This document shows positions 25,230-28,850 of a stretch of 28,850 nucleotides of DNA, piece after piece; the first letter of the stretch is position 1, and every line of letters begins with the position of its first letter. This DNA comes from a virus (Duplodnaviria; Caudoviricetes). Below the pieces are notes generated by a model that saw only the letters and a list, made by a program, of their open reading frames with translations, was not told where the DNA came from and did not search any database. The translations under genes and the position numbers were made by a program. The DNA is taken from positions 1 to 28,850 of IMG/VR virus record IMGVR_UViG_3300032305_000626. One strand, given 5' to 3'.

Positions 25230-25781
25230 ATTAAAAAGAACGAGATAATATCGCAACTCGCACGGGAGCAATGGGTGCATGAATTTTGCCAAAAAATAGC
25301 AGGGGAACTCGGGGGCGACTTATACCAAGAACTATTTTTAATCCTGTGCGAGAAAAGCGATGAGTGGGTGGAGGAAAAATACAATAGCGGTTACTGGAAT
25401 GGCTTTGTTATTCGGATAGCGTTAAACCAAGTTTACGGCAAAAGAACGAGTTTTGAAAAGAGTTATTTAAGACCTATTGCATTATACGAAGTAAATGAGT
25501 TTATAGAGCAACCAACAACAGAAGACATAAGCGAATATTTACATAGCAGTATTGAAGCGGTTACAAACGATTTAGAATGGTATGAGTTTAAGATTTGGCA
25601 GTTATATAGAGATGGAGATAAGGACAAAGGAATTAAACCACGAAGCGCACGAAGCATAAGCAAAGTAACTGGAATCAGTAGACAGGAGATTTTAAAAGTA
25701 ATTAACGACATTAAAGAAAAAGCAAATGAATATTTTATTAGCCATTTTGGGCATTGCGTCGATGGGATTGATTTTTGTTAG
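25230..25781 (+). CDS. Phage sigma70/ECF-like sigma factor; probable ATT start at 25230 (track gives GTG 25275)
   Basis: Region 2-like DLYQELFLIL and region 4 HTH SARSISKVTGISRQEI; frame open back to TGA at 25224. Start position is an inference. Confidence 0.7.
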   Translation: MKKNEIISQLAREQWVHEFCQKIAGELGGDLYQELFLILCEKSDEWVEEKYNSGYWNGFVIRIALNQVYGKRTSFEKSYLRPIALYEVNEFIEQPTTEDISEYLHSSIEAVTNDLEWYEFKIWQLYRDGDKDKGIKPRSARSISKVTGISRQEILKVINDIKEKANEYFISHFGHCVDGIDFC

Positions 25782-25932
25782 GGAAATCGGATATAGTTGT
25801 AAGATTAAACCCTTCACTTGTGAACTATGTATGTCGTTTTGGATAGCGGTTTTATACTTTCATAGCATTGAGGGTATTTTGTACGGATTTTTAGCAGGGG
25901 CGATTTCAACATTTATAAGCAGATATATATGA
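25726..25932 (+). CDS. Small membrane protein with PFxCxxC motif
   Basis: Hydrophobic segments flanking KPFTCELCMSFW. Confidence 0.6.
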   Translation: MNILLAILGIASMGLIFVREIGYSCKIKPFTCELCMSFWIAVLYFHSIEGILYGFLAGAISTFISRYI

Positions 25933-26189
25933 CAGATTTAGATTATATCATTCAGGACATTAAGCCACAGTTTGAACGATTTAAACAAGATGGCGTATTA
26001 AGACTATCCCCAAGCGATAGCGTAAGAGTACGAGATATTTATATCCAACATTACGGCAAACCAATGGGAACGTGCAGTCATTGTTTTTCAGAGCAGTTAT
26101 ACTCGTTAATAGTTAGATGCGAGGAATTGCAAAAGGAAGTGAACACGATAGCAACAGATGAACAACCTAAAAGAAGAAGAAGAAGATGA
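25929..26189 (+). CDS. Hypothetical protein with CxxC and basic tail
   Basis: TCSHC, KRRRR; ATGA coupled on both sides. Confidence 0.6.
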   Translation: MTDLDYIIQDIKPQFERFKQDGVLRLSPSDSVRVRDIYIQHYGKPMGTCSHCFSEQLYSLIVRCEELQKEVNTIATDEQPKRRRRR

Positions 26190-26374
26190 AAGCGTGGAGA
26201 GATATAAGCAAACAAGTACCTGCAACAGATGTACAAGTATTAGCATATAGTACAAGCGAGGGATATATAATTTTAACATTTGACGAAGATGAACAACAGT
26301 TTTTTGATGATCAGTTTAGATTTGTAAAAGACGTTGTTTATTGGATGCACATTCCACTTTTGCCTAATGAATGA
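26186..26374 (+). CDS. DUF551-like small protein
   Basis: W-x-x-I...P...VL...VVYWMHIP pattern. Confidence 0.6.
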   Translation: MKAWRDISKQVPATDVQVLAYSTSEGYIILTFDEDEQQFFDDQFRFVKDVVYWMHIPLLPNE

Positions 26375-26634
26375 AAAAGCATACAAAAATCTATTTAGAC
26401 TATTTTGGATATGATAATAGCGACTTTATACCTTGCGAAATGTGTAATGCTGTGGCTGTGGATATACACCACGTCGAAGCACGTTCAATGGGTGGGAGCA
26501 AAAAGAAAGATGAAATAGATAACTTAATGGCATTATGTCGTAAGTGCCACGTAGATTATGGAGATAAGAAGCAATTTAAAGACTTATTAAAGACAGTACA
26601 TTTAGTTAAAATGAATGAAAGAGGTAAACATTGA
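26371..26634 (+). CDS. Zn-binding HNH endonuclease (probably packaging-associated)
   Basis: CEMC, DIHH, NLMALCRKCH; close upstream of small terminase. Confidence 0.85.
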   Translation: MKKHTKIYLDYFGYDNSDFIPCEMCNAVAVDIHHVEARSMGGSKKKDEIDNLMALCRKCHVDYGDKKQFKDLLKTVHLVKMNERGKH

Positions 26635-26815
26635 ATTAAAAGAATACTTTTACGAATGCGGTGACGGATGTTGTACAACCTATGGTACAATAGTCAAAGT
26701 AAACGGAGTTGAATTGGAATGTCAAAACGAAGATGTAGATACTATTCTTCAAAACGTATTAGAACATTTAGGGTATAAAGTAAACATAACAAGAACCAAT
26801 GAAAGCAACCCTTGA
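26615..26815 (+). CDS. Hypothetical protein with CGDGCC motif
   Basis: 66 aa overlapping both neighbours. Confidence 0.55.
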   Translation: MKEVNIELKEYFYECGDGCCTTYGTIVKVNGVELECQNEDVDTILQNVLEHLGYKVNITRTNESNP

Positions 26816-27014
26816 ATTTAACTTGCCCGAAGATCAAACCGAATTTGAAATAGCGACTAATGCTAACAAATACTATTCAGCACTATTTAACTTTCAGCAA
26901 TACTTACGAAACAAGTTGAAGCACGAAAAGTTAACACCCGAGCAAGAATCGGTTGTTGAAGCGATACAAAGCGACTTTTTAGAAATGTTGTACGATGAGG
27001 AAGTAATACTATAA
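26799..27014 (+). CDS. Hypothetical phage protein (MKATLEFNLPED type)
   Basis: 71 aa ORF with a familiar small-phage-protein N-terminus. Confidence 0.65.
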   Translation: MKATLEFNLPEDQTEFEIATNANKYYSALFNFQQYLRNKLKHEKLTPEQESVVEAIQSDFLEMLYDEEVIL

Positions 27015-27031
27015 ACAGAAATAAAACAGTA

Positions 27032-27400
27032 ATGGCAAATAACCCGAATGTATTAGATAATTTAAAGCCGTTTAAACCAAACGACGAGCGTATAAATAAA
27101 GAGGGCAGACCTAAAAAGTTTACAACCCTTTTAAAAGAACACGGCTATTCTCTATCAGAAGTAAACGATAGTATTCAGGCGATAATGTCAATGAATGAAG
27201 TTGAGATAAAAGAAGTGTTAAAGAATACCGATGCTACGATGCTTGAAAAGACAGTTGCAAAGGCAATTATTAAGAGTTACGAAAAAGGTTCACTCTACTC
27301 AATGGATACTTTAATGAACCGAGTATATGGCAAACCAAAAGAAGAAGTGAACGCAACTATTGAGGCGAAAGTAGTCAATGTAACTTTGAATTTAGACTAA
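27032..27400 (+). CDS. terS: Putative terminase small subunit
   Basis: NLKPFKP...NKEGRPKK N-terminus and LMNRVYGKPKE C-terminus. Confidence 0.65.
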   Translation: MANNPNVLDNLKPFKPNDERINKEGRPKKFTTLLKEHGYSLSEVNDSIQAIMSMNEVEIKEVLKNTDATMLEKTVAKAIIKSYEKGSLYSMDTLMNRVYGKPKEEVNATIEAKVVNVTLNLD

Positions 27401-27415
27401 AATTAATTAAATTTG
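27385..27415 (+). promoter_or_regulatory. Bacteroidota housekeeping-sigma promoter (P5)
   Basis: TTTG 27385-27388, 19-nt spacer, TAAATTTG 27408-27415; ATG at 27420. Confidence 0.75.
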
Positions 27416-27419
27416 ATAT

Positions 27420-27674
27420 ATGGAAGAAACTATTTATCTTGGAAATGCGTGGGAAGATCAGTACGGTCTAAACGTAAGTATTAACGTGGAGAAATTTAAC
27501 GAGGCGTTAAGAGCAGGGCGGTTGGAAGTAAACAAATACGGAGATGTTAAAGTTCGTGTAGGTAAACTGAAAACACAGAACGAAAGAAGCAAGGCGACGC
27601 ATTATGTTGCAGTACCGAAAGAACAAAGGGAACAATTCCCGAAAGCGACTACGGTTGATGATTTGCCATTTTAG
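27420..27674 (+). CDS. Putative small single-stranded DNA-binding protein
   Basis: Beta-rich 84 aa ending in SSB-type acidic tip DDLPF. Confidence 0.6.
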   Translation: MEETIYLGNAWEDQYGLNVSINVEKFNEALRAGRLEVNKYGDVKVRVGKLKTQNERSKATHYVAVPKEQREQFPKATTVDDLPF

Positions 27675-27676
27675 TT

Positions 27677-28027
27677 ATGACAGACGCATTAAAAGATTTT
27701 GTACCTTATGAGTTGGCTTGGGAGTTAACTCACATAGGTTTTGATCAAATTACACAAGCTTACTATGACGGTAGAGGCGAACTAATTTCATTTAATAACG
27801 TTCATAGAGCGGAAGTAAAAGCACCAACCTACTCACAGGCGTTTAGATGGTTTAGAGAGAAGCACAACATTCATTCATATATTGAGTGGTTTGATGATGG
27901 GAAATTTGATTACACGCTAACAAGTGCAAAGTTTGAAGAAGAAGTTTGTTATGATGATGGAGCATTTGACACAGAACAAGAAGCGCAAAACGCTTGTTTA
28001 AAACGATTGTTAAACGAAGTAAAGTGA
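27677..28027 (+). CDS. Hypothetical protein
   Basis: APTYSQAFRWFREKH and EAQNACLKRL patterns familiar from Bacteroidota phages. Confidence 0.65.
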   Translation: MTDALKDFVPYELAWELTHIGFDQITQAYYDGRGELISFNNVHRAEVKAPTYSQAFRWFREKHNIHSYIEWFDDGKFDYTLTSAKFEEEVCYDDGAFDTEQEAQNACLKRLLNEVK

Positions 28028-28850
28028 AAGTATTAGTTTTACTTGACGGAAATAACGGGGTTGCCTTTCATAGGTTATATACCCCGTTTGCCCGTTTGCA
28101 GATGGATAATAAGTTGGAAGTAGATGTTTGTTTAGATCCTAACGACTACGGCAATTTAGACTACACGCTATATGATGCGGTTATCTGTAATAGATGGATG
28201 GGTAAACTACAATACAATCTTTTACCTATTTTAGAGAAACACAACATTCCGTTAATTCTTGATGTTGATGACTACTGGGTACTACCTAAACACAACCCTG
28301 CATATAAGTTTTATCGTGCATACCTAAAAAACGCTTGTAAGGACGCAATGGCATTTGCGAGTGCAGTAATGGTAACAACTCCACAACTTGCGAAGAAAGT
28401 ATCTGAAATCAATCCTAATGTATTTGTAGTTCCAAATGCTTTGGACTTGAATCAACAACAATGGAACGAAACAACAGAACACCCGTTGACTATCGGATGG
28501 GTAGGGGGAATATCTCACGTTGAAGATATTAAGTTACTGCGAGGACAAATAGAACCAATTATCAAAAAACACGATGCGAGATTTCTAATGTGCGGTTATC
28601 ACGAGGGGAATAAAATGTGGATGGATATGGAACAAGCGATCACGGGTAAACGAAGATACCAACGCCCTGAATGGTTTGAAACGAGAACGGGAACCAGTGC
28701 CGACAAATACGGTGCTTTCTATTCAGAGATTGACGTAGTATTAGCACCATTAACAAGTGAACATTTTAACCGATACAAATCGGAGTTGAAAATAATTGAG
28801 GCGAGTGCGTACTCATTGCCGATTGTATGTAGTGCAGTTGAGCCGTACAC
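28024..28850 (+). CDS. GT-B fold glycosyltransferase (GT4-like), 3'-truncated; absent from ORF track
   Basis: GTG start overlapping upstream TGA; open to window end: LDVDDYW, VPNAL, IGWVGGISH, APL...FNRYKSELKIIEAS. Confidence 0.85.
   Translation, partial: MKVLVLLDGNNGVAFHRLYTPFARLQMDNKLEVDVCLDPNDYGNLDYTLYDAVICNRWMGKLQYNLLPILEKHNIPLILDVDDYWVLPKHNPAYKFYRAYLKNACKDAMAFASAVMVTTPQLAKKVSEINPNVFVVPNALDLNQQQWNETTEHPLTIGWVGGISHVEDIKLLRGQIEPIIKKHDARFLMCGYHEGNKMWMDMEQAITGKRRYQRPEWFETRTGTSADKYGAFYSEIDVVLAPLTSEHFNRYKSELKIIEASAYSLPIVCSAVEPY

Noticed and set aside
317-28518. All other minus-strand ORFs and nested + strand ORFs (7679-7876, 11378-11578)
   Set aside because: They overlap well-supported + strand genes and lack motifs or expression signals.
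1-28850. Stop-codon reassignment as in some Bacteroidota phages
   Set aside because: TAA, TAG and TGA all end genes at sensible, often coupled, positions and coding density is high under the standard code.
1-28850. tRNA or rRNA genes
   Set aside because: No intergenic space with a cloverleaf or rRNA-like sequence was seen.

Overview
A large, nearly complete fragment of a tailed dsDNA phage genome, most likely a siphovirus infecting Bacteroidota. All credible genes are on the + strand. Host inference rests on four exact TTTG-N19-TAnnTTTG Bacteroidota sigma promoters and mostly SD-less, A-rich starts. Order: terminase large subunit C-terminus, tail chaperone with a -1 frameshift extension, two tail proteins, tape measure, XkdF-type protease, scaffold, capsid, tail tube, virion proteins, holin-like genes, portal fusion, HNH, head/tail completion, spanin-like pair, metallophosphoesterase, DUF3310, GH108 endolysin; then an early region (HTH, pentapeptide cassette, ERF, YqaJ), replication (initiator with iterons, DnaB, DnaA-C domain), phage sigma factor, HNH, small terminase, SSB-like protein and a truncated glycosyltransferase. 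The most interesting signals are regulatory: (1) a two-hairpin RNA with perfectly complementary 6-nt loops (GGGCAG/CTGCCC) in the initiator leader; (2) a fixed-spacing bipartite motif before four structural operons, a candidate promoter for the phage sigma factor; (3) an apparent leaderless ATT start for that sigma gene; (4) the unannotated frameshift. Family calls come from motif recognition only; no searches were run.
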